Position numbers and translations under genes: made by a program
From: an uncultured Oscillospiraceae bacterium
Lineage (GTDB): Bacteria > Bacillota > Clostridia > Oscillospirales > Oscillospiraceae
DNA: 64,000 nucleotides
NCBI GenBank assembly: GCA_947625815.1
Contig: CANQPU010000011.1
Location: 805 to 64,804 of the forward strand
Direction: 5' to 3'
Notes under the pieces: generated by a model
Told to the model about the DNA's origin: nothing
Database searches by the model: none
Seen by the model: the letters and a program-made list of their open reading frames with translations, nothing else
Part shown: in pieces, positions 48,556-56,965 of the stretch
Layout: every line of letters starts with the position of its first letter
Numbering within the stretch: the first letter of the stretch is position 1

Positions 48556-50163
48556 TCAGTCCAGGTCGAACATTTCTTTGGGCACGGGCAGGATCATGTC
48601 CTCGCCGTCCAGCGTAAAGGAAAGGGTGAATGTGTCCGCGTCAAAACGGACGTTCTCCGCGCCCGAGAGGCGCGCGAGCTCCCTGTACTGGGCCTTTTGG
48701 GCGTCCGTATAGGAGCCGGGATCGTCGGAGATGAGGAAAACGCCGCCCAGGAGGGCGTTGACCCTGGCCAGAAGGAGCTTCTGGTCATCCCGGAGAGAGA
48801 TGTTCTCGTCCCGGAGGAAAAAGACGTCCGGGTCGTTTATGTGGGCGCGGCCGTTGAGCTGACGGCGGAAGAGGGTGTTGAGGATGGCCTGTTTGGAGCT
48901 GACGCGCTCCCGGTGGCACAGGCGCATGAAGGGGGTGCTGTCCCATTCAAGACAGGCGTCACAGCCGATGCGGCAGTACTCCACCTTGCCGAAGGCGGGC
49001 ATCACCGGCACGCCGCAGCCGAGGATGGGGATATCGCCGCAGACCTGGCGCAGGAAGTCCATCGCCCGGATCATCCGGCCGGCGCGGGTTTCCGTCTCCG
49101 TGCCGAAGGGCGCCGCGCCGTAGAGGAAGTCGAGCTTGAGAAGGTCGAAGCCCCACTCGTGGATGACCCGGTCCAAAACGCGCCGGATGTAGTCCATGAC
49201 CTGGGGGTTGTCGATATCCAGCGCCACGAAGCCGCCCCAGTTGTCCCCCAGGAACCAGGGCTCGCCGTTCACGCGGAGGAGCCAGTCCGGGTTCTCCCTG
49301 GCCAGGGACGACTCCCTGAGGGCGACAAAGGGCGCCAGCCACAGCCCGGCGGTGAAGCCGGCCGCGTGGATCTCGTCCACCAGCGCCTTCATGCCGGAGG
49401 GGAACTTGCCGCTGTCGCACTCCAGCCAGTCCCCCACATGGGGCTCCCATCCGTCGTCGATCTGGAAGAGATCGCCGGGGGAGAGAAGGCCCCGGCAGCC
49501 GGCCAGATCGGTCCGGATCGTCTCCTCAGTGATACCGGTAAAACGGTTGTACCAGCTGGTGTATCCGCGGATGGGCTTCGCGGGGAGGGGCTTGAGCGCC
49601 ATGGCGCTGAACCAGCTGTCAAAGACAGAGTCCTCCCCGCCCCTGGCAAGCCAGAGGTCGAAGAGGGGGTATTCCCCTCCGCACCGGAGCCCCGCGCAGT
49701 CCCGCTCCACGGTGAGGGAAGCCAGGTCGGCGTCATAGAGGAACATGGTGTAGCCGGGCTTTTCGTCAAGGGAGGCCACCAGCTTGAATTCCCCGCCGCG
49801 CCGCACATAGCACCAGGAAAAGCCGTGAGTGACGCCGGGACGGCAGGGATATTTTACGAAGTGATAATCCCCGTAGCGGTCAAAGCCGTGCTCCTCAACG
49901 GTGGATTTGGGGATCCGGCGCAGATCCCAGATGCGGTCCTTGAGAGAGTATTCCGGGCAGCTGGTCCAGGTCTGATATCCGTTCATGAAGATCCGGGATC
50001 CCTCAGGAGCGGCCAGGGGCATCCGGGCTGTGACGGACTTGATATGTCCGGCGGGAAGATCGGCGGCAACGTGGAGCGGCTCGCCCCATCTGGCCTCAAG
50101 GCTTCCGGTGAGAGTGACGTCGCCGGCCTCCGCGGCGATAACGGCCTTCCAGGAAAACAGCAT
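48556..50163 (-). CDS. alpha-galactosidase-like glycoside hydrolase (melibiase/GH36-type)
   Basis: 535 aa. WGFDLLKLDFLY and FQIDDGW motifs are typical of alpha-galactosidases. It is coupled to the upstream GPH symporter gene (TAATG overlap). Confidence 0.7.
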   Translation of the reverse strand: MLFSWKAVIAAEAGDVTLTGSLEARWGEPLHVAADLPAGHIKSVTARMPLAAPEGSRIFMNGYQTWTSCPEYSLKDRIWDLRRIPKSTVEEHGFDRYGDYHFVKYPCRPGVTHGFSWCYVRRGGEFKLVASLDEKPGYTMFLYDADLASLTVERDCAGLRCGGEYPLFDLWLARGGEDSVFDSWFSAMALKPLPAKPIRGYTSWYNRFTGITEETIRTDLAGCRGLLSPGDLFQIDDGWEPHVGDWLECDSGKFPSGMKALVDEIHAAGFTAGLWLAPFVALRESSLARENPDWLLRVNGEPWFLGDNWGGFVALDIDNPQVMDYIRRVLDRVIHEWGFDLLKLDFLYGAAPFGTETETRAGRMIRAMDFLRQVCGDIPILGCGVPVMPAFGKVEYCRIGCDACLEWDSTPFMRLCHRERVSSKQAILNTLFRRQLNGRAHINDPDVFFLRDENISLRDDQKLLLARVNALLGGVFLISDDPGSYTDAQKAQYRELARLSGAENVRFDADTFTLSFTLDGEDMILPVPKEMFDLD

Positions 50164-51545
50164 TATTTGGCCTCCTTTTTGGCGGCAAGCGTATCACAGA
50201 TCTCCTCGACCTTTTTATCGGTGAGGATGAATTTCTTCACGAAGAAGAGGAAGGCAACGATCAGGCCCAGGATGGGCAGGACCGTCATGAGAAGGCGCAG
50301 TCCCATGATGGTGGAGGAGGACTGCTCAGCCACGATCGCCTCCTCGTCGGTATTCCCCACAAGGCCGATGAGGTCAAGGCCAACGCCGGTGATGAACACG
50401 GCGAATCCGGAGGCGGCCTTTACCACAAAGGTCTGCATGGAAAAGATCACGGACTCCTCCCGCTTCCCGGTCTTCAGCTCGCCGTAGTCCACGGAGTTGG
50501 AGAGAAACACGGTGGTGAGGACGGTGAGGATGCCGTTGGCGGCAAAGACCAGCGCGCCGCATACACAGATGAGGATCATGCTGTCGGCAAGACCCGCGAA
50601 GCACACGGCGAGGATCAGGGCGTAGCCCAGCATGGCGGTCCCCAGGGCGGCCTTGAAGATCTGGGTGTTGCCGAATTTCTTCCGCAGCAGCGGGTAGACC
50701 ACCATCATGCCCAGGATCTGGAACACCCCGCCCACCATGGTGAAGAGGGTGTAGTTGCCCTTCCAGCCGGCGCCGCCGATGTCGTATTTGAAGAAGTAGA
50801 TGACAAGGTTGGAGGTGAGATACAAAGCCGCGTTAATGAGCAGAATGGCCAGGACTGTGACCATGGCCTGGTCATTGCGGAATAGGGCCTTGAACATCTG
50901 GGGGACGGTGGACGTCTCCATTTTCCCAATATCGTGCTCCTTGACCTTCAGGACGCAGATGACCTCGGCGATGACGAAAAGGACCGCCACGATCAGCGCC
51001 AGAAGCGAGAAGCCGCGCCGCTCGCTGTCGCCGCCCAGGAAGGCCACCGCCATGACCGTCCCCACCTGGATAAGCGCCGAGCCCACGCCGGCGCAGGTGC
51101 GGCCGATGACGGACAGATTCTCCCGGTCGGAGGGGGTGGAGGTAATAGCGGGGATCATGGACCAGTAGGGGATGTCCATCATGGTGTAGGTGACGCCCCA
51201 GAGGATGTACACGACGGCGAAGAAGACCATCAGGCCCGTGCCGGAAAGGGAGGGGGCGGAAAAGAGCGCGTAGAGGACAAGGGCGTTCAATACGGTCCCA
51301 GAGAGGAGCCAGGGCCGGAACCGCCCCCATTTTGTCCGCGTCTTTGCCACCAGGATCCCCATGAAGGGGTCGTTGAGGGCGTCGAAGATCCGGGCGATCA
51401 TGAGGATGAGTCCCACGAAGGATGCTTTGAGCCCCAGGATATCCTGATAGTAGTACATGACGTACGTGGCCGACAGGGCGTATACCATGTCCTTGCCGAC
51501 GGCGCCGATGCCGAAGGCAGCCTTCTGTAAACGGGTCAGTTTCAT
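50163..51545 (-). CDS. glycoside-pentoside-hexuronide (GPH):cation symporter (MelB-like)
   Basis: 460 aa, 12 TM segments, DALNDPFMGILVAKTRTKWGRFRPW signature. Confidence 0.85.
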   Translation of the reverse strand: MKLTRLQKAAFGIGAVGKDMVYALSATYVMYYYQDILGLKASFVGLILMIARIFDALNDPFMGILVAKTRTKWGRFRPWLLSGTVLNALVLYALFSAPSLSGTGLMVFFAVVYILWGVTYTMMDIPYWSMIPAITSTPSDRENLSVIGRTCAGVGSALIQVGTVMAVAFLGGDSERRGFSLLALIVAVLFVIAEVICVLKVKEHDIGKMETSTVPQMFKALFRNDQAMVTVLAILLINAALYLTSNLVIYFFKYDIGGAGWKGNYTLFTMVGGVFQILGMMVVYPLLRKKFGNTQIFKAALGTAMLGYALILAVCFAGLADSMILICVCGALVFAANGILTVLTTVFLSNSVDYGELKTGKREESVIFSMQTFVVKAASGFAVFITGVGLDLIGLVGNTDEEAIVAEQSSSTIMGLRLLMTVLPILGLIVAFLFFVKKFILTDKKVEEICDTLAAKKEAK

Positions 51546-51685
51546 AAGCGTTCCTCCTTAAAATTTGCGCGCCTCTCCCGGGCGCTGATGGACTGCCTAT
51601 ATTATGCAGTATTTGCCGAAAATAAGCAAGGGGAAAAACACACTTTGGACACTTTCGGCAAATATACCAATCGTTTGATGAGGCC

Positions 51686-51729
51686 TGAAAACAGGAAAAG
51701 GCCCGAAACGTTGGCCGTTTCGGGCCTTT
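51686..51729 (-). terminator. terminator downstream of the tRNA remnant
   Basis: 14-bp stem aaaggcccgaaacg/cgtttcgggccttt, followed on the minus strand by TTTTCCTGTTTT. Confidence 0.7.
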
Positions 51730-51744
51730 GGAAGTGGTGGAGGC

Positions 51745-51772
51745 GAGGGGAGTTGAACCCCTGTGGATGTGG
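51745..51772 (-). other. orphan tRNA 3' fragment (T-arm plus acceptor plus CCA), probable prophage attachment-site remnant
   Basis: The minus strand reads aggggTTCAACTcccctcgcctccACCA. No matching 5' acceptor strand (ggaggcg), D-arm or anticodon arm lies in the next ~90 nt. The integrase gene ends 60 nt away. Confidence 0.7.
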
Positions 51773-51831
51773 GCGAAATGGTTGAAAACAGAGGACATTT
51801 GGGGATTGTGTGAAATTTCGTGTGTAAAATC

Positions 51832-52956
51832 TTATGAAATGATGTTCTCAAAGTAGGCATCTATTGCTTTGTCGGCGGCTTGCCTTTCTGGGCTGAAAGT
51901 GTGCGTGTAAACGCGATTACGAACATAGTCTGTTTTCCACCCGCCGCGTTCGTTTTGGACAACTCCGGGTATGTTTAGTTCAGACATAACCGAAGCATTG
52001 ATGTGGCGGAGGCGGTGAAAGCTTATGTGTGGTAATTTGGCATCTTCAAGTAATTTGTAAAAACGTTTAGTGATCGTCTGAGCGGAGAAAGAAACTATAT
52101 CGTCTCCGGGAACGGTGTCTATAAGCTTGCTTATGTAATCTGGTATGGCAAGCGTTCTCGAGCGCTTTTCCTCTTTGCCTCCGGACTTGCGGACCGGCTT
52201 TCCCTTTATATCCACAACTGTTTCTATAACGCTTAACTGCCCGTTATTGATGGACTTTGATTTTGTCAATCCACGAATCTCTGACATGGTTAAGGAGAGC
52301 CACATGGACAGAAGAACGGGCAGCTCAACCGATGAACCCTTGACAGCGTTATAGATTTTTTTCGGCTCGATGACCAAAACGGGCTTTTGTTTTAGCTCCG
52401 GCAATCTTGTTTTTGAAGTGTCAAGCTCTTTGTAGTAATGGTGGAGGACATCAACAATAAACATATAGTTATTTCGTATGGTTTTAGGCGAATACTTTTT
52501 ATTTGTGCGGGGCGACGTGCGTTTACATTCTTCGTCAACCGCCTCTTGCAAGATTGCCGGAGTTATATCACGCAGACGTTTTTTCATAAGATCCGGGAAG
52601 TCGTGATCACGGGTTTTCTCATAACCCTGTATCGTAGAGGCTGATAGTCGGCCTCTACTCGATTCAATGAACTTCGTACAGGCCGCAGAAAGGGTGATGT
52701 TTTCCGGCTTCGCCTTTGCCTCCACAAATCCAGCACGGATGGCTTTGGCTTTGGCGATACATAGGTCCCGCGTGGGCTCGGTGATGGATTGGCCCTCCGC
52801 CCGGAGGGTGATGTGCCAGCTGCCGGAGGGGAGCTGGGTGGGGGTTGGGACTCTTACCTCGTCCCTCTTCTTTCGCTCTCGCAACTGGCGCTCGCCGCAC
52901 CAGTTACAGAAAAGGCTGTTGTCCGGGATCTCACGGGCGCAGTTTTTGCATTTCAT
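51832..52956 (-). CDS. tyrosine-type phage integrase with an N-terminal zinc ribbon
   Basis: MKCKNCAREIPDNSLFCNWCG zinc ribbon. Catalytic R (MSEIRGL), HRLRH and VYTH motifs. 374 aa. Confidence 0.85.
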   Translation of the reverse strand: MKCKNCAREIPDNSLFCNWCGERQLRERKKRDEVRVPTPTQLPSGSWHITLRAEGQSITEPTRDLCIAKAKAIRAGFVEAKAKPENITLSAACTKFIESSRGRLSASTIQGYEKTRDHDFPDLMKKRLRDITPAILQEAVDEECKRTSPRTNKKYSPKTIRNNYMFIVDVLHHYYKELDTSKTRLPELKQKPVLVIEPKKIYNAVKGSSVELPVLLSMWLSLTMSEIRGLTKSKSINNGQLSVIETVVDIKGKPVRKSGGKEEKRSRTLAIPDYISKLIDTVPGDDIVSFSAQTITKRFYKLLEDAKLPHISFHRLRHINASVMSELNIPGVVQNERGGWKTDYVRNRVYTHTFSPERQAADKAIDAYFENIIS

Positions 52957-52976
52957 GTTGCTTTTTTGCTCCTTCT

Positions 52977-53603
52977 TTACTCGTGCCGGACCAGGCTGGT
53001 GAAGGCTACGGCCTCGCCGATGATCTCAACATTTTCAAGGTCAGGACCGGAATAGACCAGATCCGAGTACAGGGGATTGCAGGGGCGGAGGACCAGGCGG
53101 GATTCCTCCGGGAAGTAGTAGACCTTCTTTAGCGTGGCTTCCTCGCCGATGCGGACGGCGGCAATCTTGCCGTTGTCTACCTCCGGCTGCTGGCGGATAT
53201 AGACCACGTCGCCGTCAAAGATTCTCGCCGTGATCATACTGTCGCCTTTGCAACGGAGGGCAAAGTCGGCGTTAATGTGCTCCGGGAGGTCCACTTCGCC
53301 GTCAAGGTTTTCCTCCGCCAGGAGCGGCTCTCCACAGGCAATAGAGCCGAGAAGGGGGATCTTCCGGGTGCGGGGGAGGGGGAGGATGTTGGAGGGGGTG
53401 GCGTTATCCCAGCCCATAAGGTAAGCCGGGGTCGTTTGAAGAACTCTTGCTATGGGGTCAAGCTGATTCCCTGGAACCTTCTCTATTCCGCCATTCTCGT
53501 ACCGATATATTGTTGCAGGAGAACAACCAAGCTTTTCGGCTACCGTTTCAGCAGATAAGCCAAGCTCTTTTCTGCGTGCTTTCATTCTTTCCCCGGTTGT
53601 CAT
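52977..53603 (-). CDS. CI/LexA-like repressor (XRE HTH plus S24 peptidase)
   Basis: I place the start at ATG 53603 (RBS GGGAGGG). HTH LGLSAETVAEKLGCSPATIYRYENG. S24 motifs CKGDSM and ATLKKVY. Confidence 0.85.
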   Translation of the reverse strand: MTTGERMKARRKELGLSAETVAEKLGCSPATIYRYENGGIEKVPGNQLDPIARVLQTTPAYLMGWDNATPSNILPLPRTRKIPLLGSIACGEPLLAEENLDGEVDLPEHINADFALRCKGDSMITARIFDGDVVYIRQQPEVDNGKIAAVRIGEEATLKKVYYFPEESRLVLRPCNPLYSDLVYSGPDLENVEIIGEAVAFTSLVRHE

Positions 53604-53650
53604 TTTTGTGCCCTCCCAATTTATTGCTGAGGTCATAATATCACATGACA

Positions 53651-53755
53651 CGCAAAAATGCAACAGCTTTGTGAAAAAATAAAAATTTTTCTCGCGAAAA
53701 TGCTTGACAAGGAAAAACAGACGTGTTACTATAACAGCAGACTTGCAGAAATGCG
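53651..53755. promoter_or_regulatory. putative operator repeats in the repressor/cro divergent region
   Basis: Three sites share the pattern TTGCA-N5-GCG (or its complement): 53651-53663, 53693-53705 and 53743-53755. A fourth lies at 53991-54003. Confidence 0.35.
53704..53732 (+). promoter_or_regulatory. candidate early rightward promoter
   Basis: TTGACA (53704-53709), 17-nt spacer, TACTAT (53727-53732). Confidence 0.6.
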
Positions 53756-53776
53756 AGGAAGAATGGAGGTGAAAAT

Positions 53777-53986
53777 ATGCAGGTAGACATAGACAGACTT
53801 CGTGGGAAGATCGTGGAACGCCGTATGACGCACGAAGAGCTTGCAAGCAAAATCGGCGTTGATACCAGCACTCTTTCCCGGAAACTGAAGTGCAATGGCT
53901 TAACCTTCACGGTTGGTCAAATGCACAAGACCGCTGATGCGCTCAATCTGTCACACAATGAGGCAAGGCAAATTTTTTTAAGGTAA
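53777..53986 (+). CDS. Cro/XRE-like small HTH protein
   Basis: 69 aa. MTHEELASKIGVDTSTLSRKLK helix-turn-helix. Divergent from the repressor gene. RBS GGAGGTG. Confidence 0.7.
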   Translation: MQVDIDRLRGKIVERRMTHEELASKIGVDTSTLSRKLKCNGLTFTVGQMHKTADALNLSHNEARQIFLR

Positions 53987-54010
53987 AACTCGCGTTTCTG
54001 CAAGTAACCG

Positions 54011-55297
54011 TTATTTCTGGCTTCTATCGCCTTGCCACCGATAGGCGCGACGGAAACCGAGTTTTTCAGCTTCAGCAACGGTGTGAACGTAGCAATCGCC
54101 GTCCTCTGGGTTCAGGCGGATGTTGTCATACTGTTGATCAAATGGGAGGTGGTAGATTTTCTCGCCGGTCTTGGAGATGTTGCACTTAATCAGCGGGTAT
54201 GGCCTAAGGGGCCAATCTTCGTGGCAGTCAACTTTGAGATAATTCGCGCAATCCAAAGCTGTGTCTGAAAACTTTGCTGTTGTTATCACCACGGCGTGGA
54301 CGTCTTGTTCCGGGTGCTCCAGCTGATACATGACAGCGGTCCCGTAAGTCTGGAAGATGGTATTTTCATGTACCTCTTTTTCCGCGCGATAGCGCTTGCA
54401 CTGAATGATAAGCGTCGTATTCCCCTTGGTTGCCACGAGGTCGCGCCCCATGTCCTCTTTTTTTCTGGTCGCTCCAAAGTATTCGACCCTATAGCCGGTG
54501 TTCTCATATTGATATCCTACATACCGCTCATAGATGATTCCGGCCTCCCAGTCGTTTTTCGGTTGCTTGAGGTAGCGGTCAAGAGCGCGTTGGTACTTTT
54601 CGGCGGTTGAGAGCGTTGCGTATTCCTGAGGGGAAAGCCAGTTTTTGTACTTTTCATAGTTTTCCTCATCGCCCTCGACTTGCCCTCTGGCGATTTTGTA
54701 CGCCTCTTTGGGGTCAACGGTCATGTAGTCATCAAGCCAGGGGAGCGCCTCGCGGAGAAAGTTGAGCTGGTATTCATACATCTTGCACTGCTTTTGAAGA
54801 GCGCGCTTCTCTTTGGCGATTTCAGAAACTTGTTTCGCAGCGGAAATGGCCGGGTGAGATTTTGTTCGCAAATAAGTGGCGTTTTTGGAATCAATCGTGA
54901 ACCAGTAATCAGCAACTTGCTGGGCTATCCACGGGTAAGACTGGGTTTCTGATTCTGTAATCAGGCGAAACTCGTTTTCACGTTCCTGAATGTTTTTTTC
55001 CCGTTTTGTTAGTTTTGCTTCACGATTTTCTAAATCCTTTTCCTTTCTTGACAATTCTACCTTTTTCTTACTTTCTGTGTCGTCTTCCATCATTATTCCA
55101 GCAATCGAAATCACTATAACGGCCATAAAAATGATGGCTATATCAACAAAAGATCGTACTTTTAAATTCAGAAAATATGCAATTTGTGCTTTCCAAGAAA
55201 AAACGGCCCAAAAATAAAGTGAAATAGGAATTAGCCCAAAAAGACATACGCCACCCGAATAAAAAAGCAATTTTGCAACGCGCTTTATGTAGGACAT
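54011..55297 (-). CDS. membrane-anchored coiled-coil protein with an Mrr-type restriction-endonuclease-like domain and a small C-terminal DNA-binding-like domain
   Basis: I place the start at ATG 55297 (RBS GGGAGGA). Two N-terminal hydrophobic helices, a K/E-rich coiled coil, a PD-(D/E)xK-like core (MGRDLVA...TTLIIQCKRY), and a C-terminal KIYHLPFDQQYDNI...VAEAEKLGFRRA segment. Confidence 0.7.
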   Translation of the reverse strand: MSYIKRVAKLLFYSGGVCLFGLIPISLYFWAVFSWKAQIAYFLNLKVRSFVDIAIIFMAVIVISIAGIMMEDDTESKKKVELSRKEKDLENREAKLTKREKNIQERENEFRLITESETQSYPWIAQQVADYWFTIDSKNATYLRTKSHPAISAAKQVSEIAKEKRALQKQCKMYEYQLNFLREALPWLDDYMTVDPKEAYKIARGQVEGDEENYEKYKNWLSPQEYATLSTAEKYQRALDRYLKQPKNDWEAGIIYERYVGYQYENTGYRVEYFGATRKKEDMGRDLVATKGNTTLIIQCKRYRAEKEVHENTIFQTYGTAVMYQLEHPEQDVHAVVITTAKFSDTALDCANYLKVDCHEDWPLRPYPLIKCNISKTGEKIYHLPFDQQYDNIRLNPEDGDCYVHTVAEAEKLGFRRAYRWQGDRSQK

Positions 55298-55370
55298 ACC
55301 AAATCCTCCCGAAAAGGATAGATACCTACATGCTAACACAAACATATTCAAAATTCAACAGAAGAAGGAT

Positions 55371-56474
55371 GTGAGAACAACGGAATACAGGAGTCGGGTA
55401 TATACGGACAGGCCGGATTATGCGGATTTTGAACCGGGGGCGAAGTTCCAGGCCATTGAGAGCATCATCGCAAAGCGGCTGACGGAACACCCGAAGGCTA
55501 TCTGCTCCTACTCCGGCGGGGCGGACAGCGACATTCTCATTGACCTTATCGAGCGGACCAGGGCCGCGTTTCGTCTGCCGCCGGTCAAGTATGTGTTCTT
55601 TAACACCGGGCTTGAGATGAAGGCCACAAAGGATCATGTGAAAGCCACGGCGGCCAAGTACGGGGTGGAAATCCAGGAATGCCGCCCAAAGGTCAACATC
55701 GTCACGGCGGTCCGGCGGTACGGGGTGCCGTTCGTCAGCAAGATTATGTCGGCGGGGTTGGAACAGTGGCAGAAGAAGGGAGTCCCCCTGTCGGTGGCTG
55801 ACGAGTATAGCGAGGCCGAGGACAAGGCGGCCAAGAGGCGGGAGCTGAAGGAGCTCTATCCGGGCTGTGAACAGGTTTTGAATTTCCTCTGCTGCTGTAA
55901 CAGCGCCGGGGAGCCGAGGCCGAACATCCAACTTGTGATCAACAGCTCCAAGTACATGCGGGACTTCATCGGCGAGTGCCCGCCGGATTTCCCAATCTCT
56001 GCCCGGTGCTGTGACTACTGCAAGAAGCAGGTGGCCCATGAGGTCCAGAAGGACTTTGAAATGGTCATCACCGGAGAGCGCCGGGACGAGGGTGGCATGA
56101 GATCCGTCCCCCGCAAGGACAACACCGCCTTGTGTTTTACCGAGACAGGGAGCGGGCAATACAGGCTCAGGCCGCTTTACTATGTGTCGGACGATGATAA
56201 GTGCTGGTACAAGTACCAATACGGGATACGTTTCTCCGACGCCTATGAGGTCTACGGGCTCACCCGCACGGGGTGCTGCGGGTGTCCTATCAGCTACAAG
56301 GCCACCGAGGACCTTGAGAAAATAAGGCCCTATGAGCCCAATGTGGTCAAGGCGGCCTACAACATCTTCGGCAAGAGCTATGAATATCGGAAACGGTACA
56401 ACGAGTACAAGGCGGCTCGTCTGGCCAATGAGGCCAGGGGCATCCTGCCGGGACAGATGCGATTTGAGGAATAA
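55371..56474 (+). CDS. PAPS reductase-like PP-loop ATPase family protein (phage type)
   Basis: GTG start. PP-loop SYSGGADSD. Cysteine clusters CCCNS, RCCDYCKK and TGCCGCP. I saw no CysH-type ECGLH motif. Confidence 0.75.
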   Translation: MRTTEYRSRVYTDRPDYADFEPGAKFQAIESIIAKRLTEHPKAICSYSGGADSDILIDLIERTRAAFRLPPVKYVFFNTGLEMKATKDHVKATAAKYGVEIQECRPKVNIVTAVRRYGVPFVSKIMSAGLEQWQKKGVPLSVADEYSEAEDKAAKRRELKELYPGCEQVLNFLCCCNSAGEPRPNIQLVINSSKYMRDFIGECPPDFPISARCCDYCKKQVAHEVQKDFEMVITGERRDEGGMRSVPRKDNTALCFTETGSGQYRLRPLYYVSDDDKCWYKYQYGIRFSDAYEVYGLTRTGCCGCPISYKATEDLEKIRPYEPNVVKAAYNIFGKSYEYRKRYNEYKAARLANEARGILPGQMRFEE

Positions 56475-56569
56475 AAAAGCCGCCCGGTAGCACGGACGGC
56501 GCAGGAGTGACGTTTTACCTGCCCTCCTATTATACATCAGGGCGGGGAGAAAATCAAGGAGGTTTTTTC

Positions 56570-56815
56570 ATGCCCAGGGTCAATATTGGAAAGCCGGCGG
56601 CGCAGCTGCGGATCGAGCAGGAGCTGCGGAGCCGGTACGGGAACAGGATCAACAAATCGAATGTGGCGGAGTACCTGGGGCAGAACAGGTACACGGTGCG
56701 GCAGTGGATGAAGGATCTGCCGGCGGCGGAGGTCCGGGGGGACAAGAGGCTATACACCCCGGAGCGAGTGGCCAGGGCCATCTATGAGCGAGGAGAATTG
56801 GGGGCGTTCGAATGA
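56570..56815 (+). CDS. small putative DNA-binding protein
   Basis: ATG 56570 follows AAGGAGG. 81 aa. HTH-like NKSNVAEYLGQNRYTVRQWMKDL. Confidence 0.55.
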   Translation: MPRVNIGKPAAQLRIEQELRSRYGNRINKSNVAEYLGQNRYTVRQWMKDLPAAEVRGDKRLYTPERVARAIYERGELGAFE

Positions 56816-56955
56816 GGGACCCACGTTATTTCTCCCCGCTGGCGCGGCGCCGGCGGCAGATCGTGGCTGATATCGAAATGGTGATCGCCTACGCCGCCGG
56901 AGCGTTGAGCGCGGCGGTTGTGTGGATGACGGCACGGTTTATGGGACTATGCTGA
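56812..56955 (+). CDS. 47-aa small membrane peptide (absent from the ORF track)
   Basis: The ATG overlaps the upstream stop (ATGA). It encodes MRDPRYFSPLARRRRQIVADIEMVIAYAAGALSAAVVWMTARFMGLC, with a basic N-terminus and one TM helix. Its stop is 11 nt before the MTase start. Confidence 0.45.
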   Translation: MRDPRYFSPLARRRRQIVADIEMVIAYAAGALSAAVVWMTARFMGLC

Positions 56956-56965
56956 GGTAGAAAGG

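Noticed and set aside
55371-56474. The PAPS-reductase-like gene considered as ordinary sulfate-assimilation cysH.
   Set aside because: It lies in a prophage early operon between regulatory and DNA methyltransferase genes. It has extra Cys clusters, and I did not see the CysH C-terminal ECGLH motif. I therefore treat it as a modification-type PP-loop enzyme. This is unproven.
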